Assembly (NCBI RefSeq): GCF_001194135.2
Contig: NC_068989.1
Span: 81,712,845 to 81,776,844, forward strand
Length of the DNA stretch: 64,000 bases
Origin: Octopus bimaculoides
Taxonomy: Eukaryota
Reading direction: 5' to 3'
This document shows positions 26,071-40,340 of this stretch, one piece after another. The notes beneath the pieces were generated by a model. The model was not told the DNA's origin and searched no databases. It saw only the letters and a program-made list of their open reading frames with translations. Positions within the stretch are counted from its first letter, which is position 1. Each line of letters begins with the position of its first letter. Made by a program: the position numbers and the translations under genes.

Positions 26071-27369
26071 TACTCTCAAAATAATAATAATAATAATAAT
26101 AATATATATATATATATATATACAAATAATATATGAGTATATGCATATATACGTACATGTATGTACATACCTACATCTACATGTATATATAGATGCATAT
26201 CTGGGTACAGGATGTAGCAAAAAAAACGTGGACAAAATGATAAACGGAGTACAGAAAACACACTGGCCACATAGAGAACATTTCCTTCATCAGCTGCCAC
26301 CATTCTAAAACTAAGCGTTTCAAAGAGTTAGGGCAGGACGCATTGTTAGAATGGCTCTTCCCACGGACCACAAATTAAATTAAATTAAATTTGTATGCAC
26401 ACACATGCACGTCTTGTTTCTGGAATGCAATACCTCTGTAATGCAGATGTCTCTGTGTGTGCATATGCATACACAGACACGCACACACATAGGGTTACTA
26501 ACACTCACCTGCCCATTCACCCTCCCATTTCCACTTCTTGTGTAGCTTCTCTCCCCTTACTGCCCACTCTTCTTTTTCTTGTAAAAAAAAAAAAGACCAG
26601 TTTTCTCCTGTCTGCTGTTTTCTTTCTTTTCTACTCCAGTTGCAACTTTGGATTTTTCACCTCCTTCATCTCAGTTATTTCATCTCCTTTGCAGATTATA
26701 CCAGTTTCTTGAACACTTCCTACTTTTTGCCAAATTCTCCAGACTTTTTACCAGTGTTGTGTATTTTTACCAAATTTTTCCACTTCTCTTCACAGAATTT
26801 TAGCATTTTCAATTTCTAGTTTAAGCTTTTTTGCCCTTTGTTAAAATATGTTTTCACAGCCCTGTGTGTTCTTTTTATACAAATGCACTCCTGTCAATAA
26901 CACCTGTCTTGTTCTTGCCATTCCGTATACTTCATAAATACCTTTATTCTCTCATCCCTGCCTCTTTATACATCCTTTCACACTGCCAGCACCACTATAT
27001 TTTCACATTTGCACACAGCTATGCACACATGTACACCCCACTCATGCACTTACACCAATCCTCCTTCCAGACACAGATACACTCAAACACTTGCATTTCT
27101 ATTCTTCTGGTGAAGGGTTAATATCCAAAATGTTAAACCTCTTCATTGAAGCATTAACCTAATACCATATTTGTCAAACTTTGTTCTTCTTGTGTTGTCC
27201 TTTGTAATTCTTATTGTCTTTGTTCACCCACCTGGATAGTGGATACATGATCACTGCTTGCATACTTAACCAAGTTATACAGGAAAGTTTCACACCCAAT
27301 GATTTAGCATAGCAATATTATCATAAACTGCTACAAAAGCAAAAGGGATGCCTTAGAGAGAAGCAGCTG

Positions 27370-28690
27370 TAGAGGCATCAAGCTAATACATCAGATTATG
27401 AAGGTTACAGAGAGAGAGAAAGAGTTATAGTGCAATTGATCTGTGATAGGGTAGACCTAGATGAAGTGCAGTCTGGCTTTCTTCCTGGAAGAGGTACCAC
27501 AAATGCAATCTTTGTAGTGAGGTATCTGCTGAAGAAATACTTGGCTAAGAATAAATTGCTATTCCTGGTGTTTGTTGATTTGGAGAAAGAGTTTGACAGG
27601 GTCCCATGTTCAGTAATTTGGTGGTCACTGAAGAAACTAGGTGTAGATAAATGGCTTGTGAGGGCTGCATGAGCTATGTATAATGATGCAGTGAGTAAAC
27701 TGAGAATTGCCAAAGATTTCAGTGACAAATTTAGCATGAAAGTAGAAATTCATCAAAGTTTGGTCCTCAGTCCACTTCTATTCATCATACACCTACAGGC
27801 CATCACAGAGGATTTTAAGACTGGCTTTGTATGGGAACTCCTTCCTATATGTAATGATCTAGTTCTCATAGCTGAACATATAAGAGAATTAGAGAGAAAA
27901 TTTCTGGTGTGGAAGCTAAACCTAGAATTGAAAAGTCTTACAGTAAATCTATCAAAGACAAATGGCTTAGAAAGAAGACAGAAAAATTGTATTTTCAGGG
28001 AAATGGCCTTGCTCAGTATGGAGGAAAGGAGTAGGTATAAACTCCATATCTAATGTAAGCTATGGACACATCAGAATTGTAGTGAAATCACAGGCAGACT
28101 AACAAAGAAAGTAAGCTTCATTTGTGATAGCTGTACTGGAGCAATAAGTACTTTGAGCTCACCAGAAATAGATTCTCTTAAATGTCCAGATGGCTCACTA
28201 GAAGTAGTTGATAGATTTTGCTAGAAAGAAGACATACTTAGAGAAGGTGGCTGTTCAAAAAGTGTAGCAGCCTGAGTTGGAAAAAGCTCAGGGAGCTTCT
28301 ACCACTGCTGGCAACAAAAGTTATTTCATTTGGTGTGGAGGGCAGATTGTTTGATGCTTGTGTTAGATCTGCAATGCAGCATGATAGTGATCCATGAGCT
28401 TTGAATGTAAAGGACTTGAGAAGACTGGAGAGAAAGGAATTAAGCATGCTCTGTTGGCTGAGTAATGTAAGTGTGTATGAATGACTAATTACAAAGGCAT
28501 TGAGAGAGAAACTGGGTATAAGAGGAATTGGATGTCATGTGTAAGAGAGAAGACTGTGCTGATATGGACATGTGATGCATATGGATGACGACAGCTGTAT
28601 GAAGAAGTACTGATCTCAGGACCTTGAACCTCACAGAAAAGATGACAAAGAACCAGGATGACTGGTGTTATGCAGTTCTTGAGAAGACTT
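27370..28690 (+). mobile_element. Decayed RTE-clade LINE ORF2 (RT + PHD-like finger + C-terminus)
   Basis: QSGFLPGRGTTNAIF...FVDLEKEFDRVP, HQSLVLSPLLFII, CNDLVL; later CKLWTHQNC...CDSC and RLCxYGHVM; many stops and frameshifts. Confidence 0.88.
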
Positions 28691-28735
28691 ACCCAACTGT
28701 GTTCTGGAAGTGCTGAATGTGTGTGTGTGTGTACA

Positions 28736-28770
<35 letters not shown>

Positions 28771-29287
28771 NNNNNNNNNNNNNNNNNNNNNNNNNNNNNN
28801 NNNNNNNNNNNNNNNNNNNNNNNNNNNNNNNNNNNNNNNNNNNNNNNNNNNNNNNNNNNNNNNNNNNNNNNNNNNNNNNNNNNNNNNNNNNNNNNNNNNN
28901 NNNNNNNNNNNNNNNNNNNNNNNNNNNNNNNNNNNNNNNNNNNNNNNNNNNNNNNNNNNNNNNNNNNNNNNNNNTATATATATATATATATATTTATGTT
29001 TATGTACAACTGGACCCTTTATCCAGTTTCATCCTCCAAGACACCCTATTACCCTTTATTGGTCTGACTGTAGGTTTCCTTTGATACCACTAATCTTACT
29101 CATTAATCTGGAACCATTTCATTTGATATCCTTTCCATATTGTTAATACTGTTCTACACCCATATTTTATATTGACTTCTGCTCCCCTCAAACCACCAAA
29201 TCATTTTCACTTTCTCCACCACCATACATCTCTCACTCTCCCCACCACTCTTGAAACCTACGCAACCACTCATCATCATCATCATCA

Positions 29288-29326
<39 letters not shown>

Positions 29327-29829
29327 TTCTCTTATTGTTCCTGTCTATTGAATCATCATTACTACTCTGCTACTCATCATCCTGTTTACTGCATCCACTC
29401 CTCAACCCTATCCAATCTCTACAGTTATCACCTACGCTTCCCTACTTCCCCTACTTATCACCCACTCAACACTTATTATATTCACCACCACCCTATACAT
29501 TCCCTATCTCTCACTCTCTCACACACTCTTGCAATCTTAACCCATACACTCTCCTGGTTTTTTTTTTTTTACCCCTATTCACTTCTGCTCACCTCATACC
29601 TTGAGGGGTCACACAGATACCTCATCATTATCTTACCTTTTTCTCCACTCCATCCTGATCATCCCTCATGCTCCCTTAAAATGTGATTGGCCTTGTGGCT
29701 CCACTACAACAACAAACCTGTTCTGCTCTGGCCCCTTCTCTCATACTTTAACCCCTTATCTCCCAGCTGAAAGTCACCTCCTTTGGGGTTCATAGTTTAA
29801 AAAAAAACTGTATGGTGAGCTTGCTTGTG

Positions 29830-30005
29830 CTGGTGACACAAAATAAAGCATCCAGTATGTGTAATAAATTGGTGTTAGGAAGAGTATCCAACTCTAAAAA
29901 CCATGCCAAAGTGATGTAATTTTTGGGCCTGTTAGATCATGTCAAACCTTCCAACCCCTGCCAACATAGAACATAGACATTGAATGATGATGAAGATGAG
30001 GATGG
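29830..30005 (+). mobile_element. Degenerate RTE 3' UTR fragment
   Basis: ggtgttaggaagagtatccaactct...gacattgaat(gat)n. Confidence 0.5.
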
Positions 30006-30099
30006 TGATGTAGAGAGATTTGTTCTTTTAGGGAAAATTTCATCAACACAGAAATGTAATGTTTAGCTCTTTTTTTCTTCTCTTTTACTTGTTTCATCT

Positions 30100-30565
30100 T
30101 TACTCTTTTACTTGTTTCAGTCATTTGGCTGTGGCCATGCTGGAGCACCGCCTTTAGTTGAGCAAATCAACCCCAGGACTTAAACACACCACCGTCGGTT
30201 GTCAAGCAATGTTGGGGGACAAACACAGACACACACACACACACACNNNNNNNNNNNNNNNNNNNNNNNNNNNNNNNNNNNNNNNNNNNNNNNNNNNNNN
30301 NNNNNNNNNNNNNNNNNNNNNNNNNNNNNNNNNNNNNNNNNNNNNNNNNNNNNNNNNNNNNNNNNNNNNNNNCACACACATATATATATATACATATATA
30401 CGACAGGCTTCTTTCAGTTTCTGTCTAGCAAATCCACTCACAAGGCTTTGGTTGGCCTGAGGCTATAGTAGAAGACACTTGCCCAAGGTGCCATGCAATG
30501 GGACTGAACCCAGAACCATGTGGTTGGTAAGCAATGTACTTACCACACAACCACTCCTGTGCCTG
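30100..30565 (-). mobile_element. SINE family 1 copy spanning a gap
   Basis: tactcttttacttgtttcagtcatt...gggactgaacccagaaccatgtggttggtaag...ccactcctgtgcct. Confidence 0.8.
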
Positions 30566-32970
30566 TTCATGAAATTTACATATCCACGAATGACATCAAC
30601 ACATACACACACACACACACGCAAGTGTACACACACACATGTATGTACTCACATACACACACACATGCATGCATGTTCACACATACACATGCATTCACAC
30701 ATTCAGTTTCTGACCAGCAAGCATACTTACATGTCATATTAGTTTGCTCTGTGTGCATGCAGTGCATGTATGTGTTTAGTGATAGATAAGTAGATATATT
30801 TTTATTCTTTCTTTTTCAGGAACTTAAAAATCATTACTCATTTTCCTGTTTACAATTCCTAATAACTTGCTTTCACCACCCCCATTACAGTGTATATATA
30901 TATATATAATCCCCCCACCCACAAAAAAGTTGCTTGCAGGTGAAAAAGTGAAAGTGTTTTCCTTGCACTATCTAAGTGAAGGTGTTTCATTGACTTGTAT
31001 TAATACTAATCGTGTCATATTCTCAATAATACAGCTGAAAGGATTGCACAAAAACATAGCTTTCTCTGAAACGATTACACAATTTATAGCTTTCTTTGGG
31101 AAAATGTTTCCACCACACAATATTTTGTGTGACAGACTTTTCTGGTCCACTTCCAAAGGTATCTATTTACATGATGCAGGTCTTCACAAAGTTATACATC
31201 CTCATCACGTTTAGGACTAATTTGGTTGTGATAAAAGAGGCTATAATTTTGCAGAGAAATAATTATGTCTTGTGTAATTACTATTAAGTGTTCTACAAAA
31301 CAAGAATGACACAGTCATTACATGTGCTGTCTGTTTTATAGGAATGACACAATTACTATGGTCCTTACATGTTCTGTCTATATCATGTCAGTGACGCAAA
31401 TATTGTAGACCTTACTGTTATAATGAATTCTATATTATTGATATCACCACATTAAACTTGTTGACTCTATTAGCTTAAATTAGTTCCTATTACATAACTA
31501 AGTAAACAGACTACTCACCATGATGAAGTTGAAAAGGATTATAGTATTGTAACCTAGTTGTTTTAGCTAAATTTCTCTCTCTCTCATTGGTTTAATCTCT
31601 TACAGGTATTTTTTACTCTCCCAAGTTGTAATAAAAAGAAAAAAAAAAAAAANNNNNNNNNNAAAAAAAAAAAAAAAAAAAACTCAGCTAATCTTCTTAC
31701 AGGTGATTTTAGATTCAGTCTGGAATGTCACAGTTTCACTAGTTTCGATAAACACAGATATCTTGAGATCTAATGAAATTCCTTGATAGGTTGCCAAGTT
31801 TTTATTTAATTCCACTTTTTATGCACAGGTAAATGACATTTGCCATCTCCTATGTTTTACATACAGGTAATAACGGTTGAATTATGTGAGGAAGATGTTT
31901 ATATATGTGACACGTTAAGTCCTTATCTCAACCCTTAATGAAATAAGAGATGATTAAAAACAGTCAAGCCATGACATTTGTTCTTGTTCCAGACCACATT
32001 ATCTAATGTGTCCTTCTTTTAAGGTGGTAAGGTGTTTAATTTGTCAGAGATTTGATTGCTCTTTCTAGCAGTTTGAGTGACTACATAAAGGCATCCTCAT
32101 GTGGATATGTAATGTCATGTGATGCATGTTATATGTCAGTGGTTCTGGGTGTTCATATCAGAGAGCAGTTTAAGAAAATGGAGTTAAATGAAAAGGCTCC
32201 TCACTGAAATATGTGGAAAGATATGGTATTCCTGACCTATCAAACCCACAAAATATATTATAGTTTAAACCAATAAAAATGATGATGATGATGAATATTG
32301 TTTTCATTTATATATTTAACACTTAACATATTCAATACAACATTGTTGGGACATTGGTAGAGGTCTTGTTGACATAAGTCAGCTCTAGTTGCTGCTGTTT
32401 AGCCAGATATTCTCCACCTACTTTATCCTGTGTAATATTATGTGTTCGACCTCATATCTCTAGTGTGCACTTCAAACATACAAAAACACACTTATTATCC
32501 ACTCTTACTCAGTAAGTTTTAAAACTCTCTTATAGATTTCCTCTTATAGATTTCTTCCTTTAGTATATTCCTAGTTTGGTAGTGATAACAATGGCAGTTG
32601 TTCTTGTTGTTTATTTCAAGGCAACTTTCATGCTGCAGCTCAATGATCAAAAGCACTCCAGCTGTGACCATCCTGTAGAACTACATTAGCTAACATTTCC
32701 CGTCTTTATATTAAACAATAGGGTGTAATTTGTGGAGAATTTGGTTACTATTTCTAACAGATTGAGTAATTACATTGAGATTCTCCAAGTGGCTTGTGTT
32801 TGAGTAGGTGTTATTTGTGTTGTTGTTGGTGATGGTTAATGTTTTAGTTCCAGTCAGTCACCTCTGAGTAATTGACCTGTGGTATAAAGTTAGTTGTTGG
32901 ACAACAATGTGTAGTCTCCAGATCTCTTCTCCAACACTTCGGTTTTAGTGATCTGCAGTCATATGTTTAA

Positions 32971-33192
32971 CCCTTTTGATACAAACCTGGCTGAAACTGC
33001 TTCTGGCTTTGTAGTACAAATGCCTTGTTTTCGTAAGTTTTGAATTAAAATCTTGCACCAAACCTTAGTCACAATTTATGTCCCTAACACCAGCTTAATG
33101 ATAACTAAGTTATTTTACTAAATTCTCTCTTATAGTTAAAATTAATTGAAAGAAACACAGAAAATCTCAGACTAAGTACAGTAACAAAAGGG
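32971..33192. mobile_element. piggyBac-like TTAA MITE (second family)
   Basis: TTAA|cccttt ... aaaggg|TTAA; inverted copy at 39539-39758. Confidence 0.82.
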
Positions 33193-33435
33193 TTAAGACC
33201 AGTGAAGCCATTGGGGTTATTGTTACTTTCCAGTGTCTGTTTATTTGTTTAGAGGAATAGTATTGTTAGAATAGTGTTGTGGTAGTACACTGGGAGTGTT
33301 TTGCATGTGTTTAAGTATTTGGAGGTGGCATTTCATATAATGACTGAAATTTGAGTTTCAGTTTTGATACAGCAACAAACTGTGCCCGTCTCATGTTCAG
33401 GTGGTCTTTCAGTTTTAGTACTTTTGTTACAAACA

Positions 33436-34533
33436 TGATATCTGGGTGACCAAGTTAGTAGTGGGGGTGGGTGCACTAAAAGTGTAGCTGCTAGAATAAG
33501 AATAGCCTGGGCAAAGTTTAGAGAGCTCTTACCCCTGCTGGCGACAAAGGGACTCTCACTCAGAGTAAAAGGCAGACTGTATGACGCATGCATACGAACA
33601 ACCATGCTACATGGCAGTGAAACATGGGCTGTAACTGCTGAGGACATACGTAAGCTCGCAAGGAATGAAGCCAGTATGCTCCGTTGGATGTGTAATGTCA
33701 ATGTGAATACCCGTCAGAGTGTAAGTATCTTGAGAGAAAAGCTGAACNNNNNNNNNNNNNNNNNNNNNNNNNNNNNNNNNNNNNNNNNNNNNNNNNNNNN
33801 NNNNNNNNNNNNNNNNNNNNNNNNNNNNNNNNNNNNNNNNNNNNNNNNNNNNNNNNNNNNNNNNNNNNNNNNNNNNNNNNNNNNNNNNNNNNNNNNNNNN
33901 NNNNNNNNNNNNNNNNNNNNNNNNNNNNNNNNNNNNNNNNNNNNNNNNNNNNNNNNNNNNNNNNNNNNNNNNNNNNNNNNNNNNNNNNNNNNNNNNNNNN
34001 NNNNNNNNNNNNNNNNNNNNNNNNNNNNNNNNNNNNNNNNNNNNNNNNNNNNNNNNNNNNNNNNNNNNNNNNNNNNNNNNNNNNNNNNNNNNNNNNNNNN
34101 NNNNNNNNNNNNNNNNNNNNNNNNNNNNNNNNNNNNNNNNNNNNNNNNNNNNNNNNNNNNNNNNNNNNNNNNNNNNNNNNNNNNNNNNNNNNNNNNNNNN
34201 NNNNNNNNNNNNNNNNNNNNNNNNNNNNNNNNNNNNNNNNNNNNNNNNNNNNNNNNNNNNNNNNNNNNNNNNNNNNNNNNNNNNNNNNNNNNNNNCATAA
34301 AAGACACCATTTCGAGCCTGGCCGTTTTCGTGCGGGTGACACGTAAAAGCACCCACTACACTCTCTGAGTGGTTGGCGTTAGGAAGGGCATCCAGCTGTA
34401 GAAACTCTGCCAAATCAGACTGGAGCCTGGTGTTGCCATCCGGTTTCACCAGTCCTCAGTCAAATCGTCCAACCCATGCTAGCATGGAAAGCGGACGTTA
34501 AACGATGATGATGATGATGATGATGATGATGAT
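33436..34533 (+). mobile_element. 5'-truncated RTE LINE: ORF2 C-terminus, gap, 3' UTR, (GAT)n tail
   Basis: RIAWAKFRELLPLL...LHGSETWAVT...RNEASMLRWMC. Links the dispersed 3' UTR repeat to an RT-coding element. Confidence 0.9.
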
Positions 34534-34729
34534 ATGTATTTCTGTGCTCTGTATACAATCTGCTTTGATGTGTGGAGTGCTATATTATGTTCTGTGAAGC
34601 TTACTGTGGTTTGTTGTAGACAGGTTGAGGATCTGGGAAGGACTGACATAGATAACTAATGGATCTAAAGTGTTCCTTGCACACCATTGTTGTTGTGGAC
34701 AAATGTATTACCTGTGAATATTGTTTTAA

Positions 34730-34940
34730 GGTACTTTTGAGTTTTATTATAAGGTACCTGTCGGCGGTGTTATAATGTACCTGTCGGTGGTGTTATAAGG
34801 TGCCTGTCAGTGTTTTTATAAGGTGCCTGTCAATGTTTTTATAAGATATCTGTTAATGTACCTGTAAAGGTACACATCTGATGTTATAAGGCACCTATCT
34901 GTTGTTATAAGGTATGCGCCAGTGTTGTTATAACATACCT
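34730..34940. repeat. Degenerate minisatellite, unit about 22-24 bp (gttataaggtacctgtc...)
   Basis: About 8 imperfect copies read directly. Confidence 0.75.
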
Positions 34941-35648
34941 GGTCAGGATACACAATCCTGCACTGCTTCTGTCTAGCTGTCAATAACAGAGAAGTGACCT
35001 AGAGCAGACCTCTATCCAGGGAAGATTTATCTCATCCACTGTATAGTCCACTACTGACATTGTTGGGATCAAGAGAAACTGCTATTTCTTGCCAGTCATG
35101 CAACCACTTTGTGGTCCCATTTTGTGGTTAAAAATTGTGTGTGTGTGTGTATGCCCACATGCATTTGTATGTTTATAAACAGCTCTCTCTGTTTGTATAT
35201 TTGTACATATATAAAATTATATATACACACAGCTGCATGTATACTGATCAGAATGTGGAAGTGTACTTGATTGTGTAGAGGAATGTGTGTGTGAAAAGTT
35301 CTTCTGGAGTTAACAAGTGATTTATAATAGCCTGGGAATCCAGAATTGGTTGAAACTAGAGGGGTATGGTGGTGGTAGTGGCTGCAGCAGTGGTGAGGAG
35401 GAGTAAACGACTACAACAACAATAGCAGCAATTGGATTAGTGGCAATCTCTGGTAGTGAGGAGCAGGTAGGGTGTACACTGGGAACACGAAGAGGGTCTC
35501 TTCCTTTAGTCTCTGTCATCACACACATGGTGGTTTGATATACATAGACAGCATAATGCATTTATTTTAGTACATATTCACATAGCCACACACACACGCA
35601 CACACATACACTACATGAATGCATATTGACACATTCAGCACATATATA

Positions 35649-36022
35649 TGTTGTTGTTGTTGGCACTCTGTTGCTTACGACGACAAGGGTTCCAGTTGAT
35701 CCGATCAACGGAACAGCCTACTCGTGAAATTAATGTGCAAGTGGCTGAGCACTCCACAGACACGTGTACCCTTAACGTAGTTCTCGGGGATATTCAGCGT
35801 GACAGTGTGACAAGGCTGACCCTTTGAAATACAGGTACAACAGAAACAGGAGGAAAGAGTGAGAGGAAGTTGTGGTGAAAGAGTACAGCAGGGTTCGCCA
35901 CCATCCCCTGCCGGAGCCTCATGGAGCTTTAGGTGTTTTCGCTCAATAAACAGTCACAACGCCCAGTCTGGGAATCGAAACCGCGAGTCCGCTGCCCTAA
36001 CCACTGGGCCATTACGCCTCCA
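35649..36022 (-). mobile_element. tRNA-derived SINE family 3 with (CAA)n tail
   Basis: Minus strand head ggaggcgtaatggcccagtggttagggcagcggactcgcggtttcgattcccagac (A/B boxes). Confidence 0.8.
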
Positions 36023-36751
36023 CATAATTATGTATGTACTATTTATTAATTACACAATTTGACCATTGAAGTAACTCTTCATATTCATTGAGAACTACGG
36101 GTTACCCAACCTACTGAGGAACTAGTTAACTCCTTTAGAGAGATTGTATGTAGAGAGATTATGAATCTTTTAATTTGGAGTTTTAAGGCATGTGTAAGAT
36201 CTTATTTAGCCTCCTCTTTTGTGTATTTATAGAGAATAAGAGTTGTGGATGGGTCTTTGCATGGTTGTGTGGTTCAGAAGTTTACTTTGCAGTACATTGT
36301 TTTGAAACCATGGACATGTTTTGCATCTTGGCCTCAGGTCAACTAAGGCCTTGTAAATGAAACTTGGTTGACAGAAATTGTGTGGAAGTCCTTTTGAAAA
36401 TTTTTATGAATAATTTTAGATTAGAAAAACCTAGAAATGTTTTATGAAGTTGGCCTCTGATGAAAGGATAGAATGTCTTTCTTCGATCCATGACCATTTC
36501 AACTCAGTTTACAAGAATAGCTTATTTTCAATGACATTATCCAGTGTGTCCTTTTAATGATGGTGAAGTGTCATTTGGGAAAAATTGATTGCTGTTTGTA
36601 ACAAATTAGGCAACCATCTTGGGGCGACTTTATTCTAAGTTGGTCAATCAATACAAATATCTGAACATTTGCTAAATAAATGTGCATAATGTATATATTC
36701 AGTTAATTTTAGCTATACAATAGATTTTTGTGAATGATATTAGGTGAAAAA

Positions 36752-36960
36752 AGGCAGTGAGCTGGCAGAATTGTTAGCACTCCAGGGGGAAATGCTTAGC
36801 AGTATTTCATCTGGCTTTATATTCTGAGTTCTAATTCTGCCAGGGTTGACTTTGCCTTTCTTCTTTTCAGGGTTGATAAATTAAGTACCAATCATGTATT
36901 GGGATCGATGTAATTGGCTAACCCCATCACCAAAATTTCAGGCCTTGTACCTGTAACACA
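36752..36960 (+). mobile_element. SINE family 2 (Nin-domain-like)
   Basis: gagctggcagaattgttagcac...gactttgcctttc..ggttgataaattaagtacc; partial copy at 39165-39290. Confidence 0.7.
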
Positions 36961-37039
36961 AAAAATATTAGACAAGTGAAAGTTACCTGGTGTGTCTTGT
37001 CAGTAGAGACTTGGTTTTCTTTTCTATCTCAAACTAATG

Positions 37040-37345
37040 CTCATCATCATCATCATCGTCGTTTAACGTCCGCTTTCCATGCTAGCCTGGGTTGGATGAT
37101 TTGACTGAGGACTGGTGGACCAGGTGGCCACACCAGGCTCCAATCTGATTTGGCAGAGTTTCTACAGCTGGATGCCCTTCCAAACGCCAACCACTCCAAG
37201 AGTGTAGTGGGTGCTTTTACGTGCCACCGGCACGAAGGCCAGTCAGGCAGTACTGGCAACGGCCATGCTCGAAATGGTGTATTTTACGTGCCACCTGCAC
37301 AGGAGCCAGTCCATCAGCACTGGCAACGAATTCGCTCAAATGTCT
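37040..37345 (-). mobile_element. RTE 3' UTR copy
   Basis: (cat)n cgtcgtttaacgtccgctttcc...ggagccagtcc..gcactggcaacga. Confidence 0.8.
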
Positions 37346-39538
37346 TAGCAGTTCATTCAATGTCCTTGTTTTACCAAAGTGGTAAGTTTTCAGAAGGCTT
37401 AGTTCACAAATTAGTTTCCTCCGTCTTACCATATTTTCTGGCATGCAAATCAATGTAGTATATAGTGTAAACATTCAAACATTGTCTCTCTCTTTCCAAA
37501 TCCTGCTGCATTTCACATGGAACTTTTGATCTTCCAAAGTTGTCTTGGTGTATAAATAGACCTACCTTTTTTGACTGTAAATTTTAGTCTGAAACATTTT
37601 GGCTTGTGTGCCGAAAAATAGAGTATTTCAGAAATTGATGGTTTTATTTTGCCTACTTTATTAATCTGATAATTTGTGGTTTTCTGAGTGAGCAAATATG
37701 TTGGAATTCTAAATTAAGTGACCATATTCTCTGTTCAAAGACCTCTTGGCACAGCCTTGCCTTTTATTCCTTTCTAGGGTAAAATATGTATCAGTAATAT
37801 ATTAGAGTCTGTTCAAATCCTGTTCCATAATACTTAATCCTGTTCTATAATGATTGGCTTTGTTCTTTGTCTAAAAAAAGAAATAAAAAAGCAAAGAAAA
37901 AACATTTTATATTTAAATGAATATTTTTAACTATTCAGACTTAGCTGAATCTTCAGAGAAAAGGAAGTATTTACCATAAAAGGAAGTGAAGTATCACTTT
38001 GGTAACTGAAATCTACTGATATGTGAGGAAATGGCTCAGTGAATTATTGTATACTTGAAAAGATTGTTGGATCATTACAACATAAAGGAAATATATCTGC
38101 TGAAACTGTTTCTCTTCTTTGACAAGCTGTTGGCATAGTTTTTAGTTGTAGCATGTAGTTGAGATTCTGTGATCTTTCTCTCTTACCTCTCTTTCTCATA
38201 TGGTAAAATAGAAAAATATGTATTGAATGCAAAAACATCTATTGATCTAGAACTTCTGCATATTTATATATTAAACAGAAAAGTGTGTGTTCCTGACAGT
38301 ATAAAACCACACTGACAGTTTGAGAATATTTCAGACATATGTACTTTATGATATTCTCAGTAACATGTCATAATTATGAAGATTACAAAAAAAAAATTCT
38401 CTTAATATTTTGCTATCATTAATTTATTTACACTTAAACTCCTATTTATTCTTTGCATGTCATAAGAGTCAGGTTCACCATATTTCTCTTCCCAGAGGAT
38501 GTCACACAGCATTCAGCTACAGACACAGTCAATACTGCATCAAAATTTTCAGTGTACCACTATTTCACTACCTACACCACACTACTGTTTCACTATTCAC
38601 ACTGCACTACTATATTATGTTCAGTACACCATTGCACGTACACACACATCTGTGGTGTGTGTGTGTATTTGTTAGTGGATTGACAAAAGTACTAGCACAG
38701 CATATGATAGTGAGTGCCCATATTAGGAGTTTATACTGATATAAGAGATAATGTACCATGCAAGTGAGTCTGCATGTTGTGTGCACAACTTGCAAGTTAA
38801 ACTATGTAATGTTTGTGTTTTTGTACTAGTGAGTCTGAAAGTTCTGTGTGTCTGCAATACACATGCATGTTTGATTTTACATTCCTAGCTATTACAAGTT
38901 CCCAGTAAAACTGTGCCAGTTTGTGAAGTGAATAAGTTTGTGTATGTGTCTGTACTGTAAAAACTAGTTGCAAAAAAGTGATGTGTTTTAATAGCACAGT
39001 TATGCTCATCTTTGTTCTTAGTGTGAGTTCATACTACTCTCTGCTATGACTGATACATCGTTGTTGGTCTGCTGTTACATCTGTTGTGACAACTGGTAAA
39101 ACTGTGATGATCAATGACCACTGATAATACTACCACGCTGGGCTGTGTTGACATTATCTGCTGTGGTCAACTTTGCCTTTCATCCTTTCGGGATTGATAA
39201 ATTAAGTACCAGTTGCATACTGGGGTTGATCTAATTGACTGCCCCCCTAAAAAATAATTTGGGGCCCTGTGCCTAAAGTAGAAAAGAATATTTGTTGACA
39301 TTATAATATAACACCTCTGTGTTATAATGTTCAGTGCACTCCACTGTATTTGACTGTATATTACCCTGTTACTCATGATACCATGAATCCATGTATAACC
39401 ACGTGCTTGTGTCTCTTCTATATTTACCAATAAAATACCCAGTAAGAAACTTTCTGCTATAAACTCTGGATCAGTCATGGAACAATCTGCAGCTTGAGAG
39501 ACTTTCTGAATGGCATACCTAGTGAAAATTTACCTTAA

Positions 39539-39758
39539 CCCTTTCATTACTGTATTTATTTTGAAATGCTCTGTGTTTCTTTCAATTACTTTAAATATAA
39601 GGAAGAATTTAGTGAAATAACTTAGTTATCATTCAGCAAGTGTTAAGAACATAAATTGTGACTAAGGTTTGGTGCAAGATTTTAATTCAAGACTTATGAA
39701 AACAAGACATTTGTACTTAGAGCCAGAGCTGGTTTCAGCCGGGTTGGTAATGAAAGGG
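39539..39758. mobile_element. piggyBac-like TTAA MITE (second family, opposite orientation)
   Basis: TTAA|cccttt ... aaaggg|TTAA. Confidence 0.82.
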
Positions 39759-39879
39759 TTAAATATTTTTAGTAGTGCAACAAGCCATTTCTAATGTGGC
39801 CAGCTTCTTGAAAAAGGTTGCCTATACCTACCCTAGACAATCTCTGTATGTAGTTCTTACTGTATACTGGTGTTGGTGC

Positions 39880-40115
39880 TGCATAAAAAGCACTGGTGAT
39901 GATACCACATAAAAAGCACTGGTGATGGGGCCTTGTAAAAACCACCCTGTACTCTGTGTTAAGTGGTTGGCATTAAGAAGGGCATCCGGCTGTAGAGACT
40001 AAATCAAAGCAAACTGTGGAACTTGGTGTAACCCCCTGGCCTTGGCAGCTCCTATCAAGCCATCCAACTCACTTCAGCATGGAAAATGGATGTTAAATGA
40101 CGATGATGATGATGA
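39880..40115 (+). mobile_element. Degenerate RTE 3' UTR copy
   Basis: cataaaaagcac.. repeats, gtggttggcattaagaagggcatcc, gttaaatgac(gat)n. Confidence 0.65.
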
Positions 40116-40340
40116 TGAGGAGGAGGAGGATGTTACACATCTGTTATTGACATAGATATCTCTTTTTTCTTCCTCTATATCCCTTTTGTTTACTTGACCA
40201 CTTAGTTGTCCTTTTTTATCCCTGTATGCCTTTGTCTCCTAGTTATCCATTTTGTCTCTTAGATATCTGTTTTATTTCTTAGATGTCTGTTTTAAACTTT
40301 ATATGTCTTTTTTGACATTTCTATATCTGTTTTATTTCAG

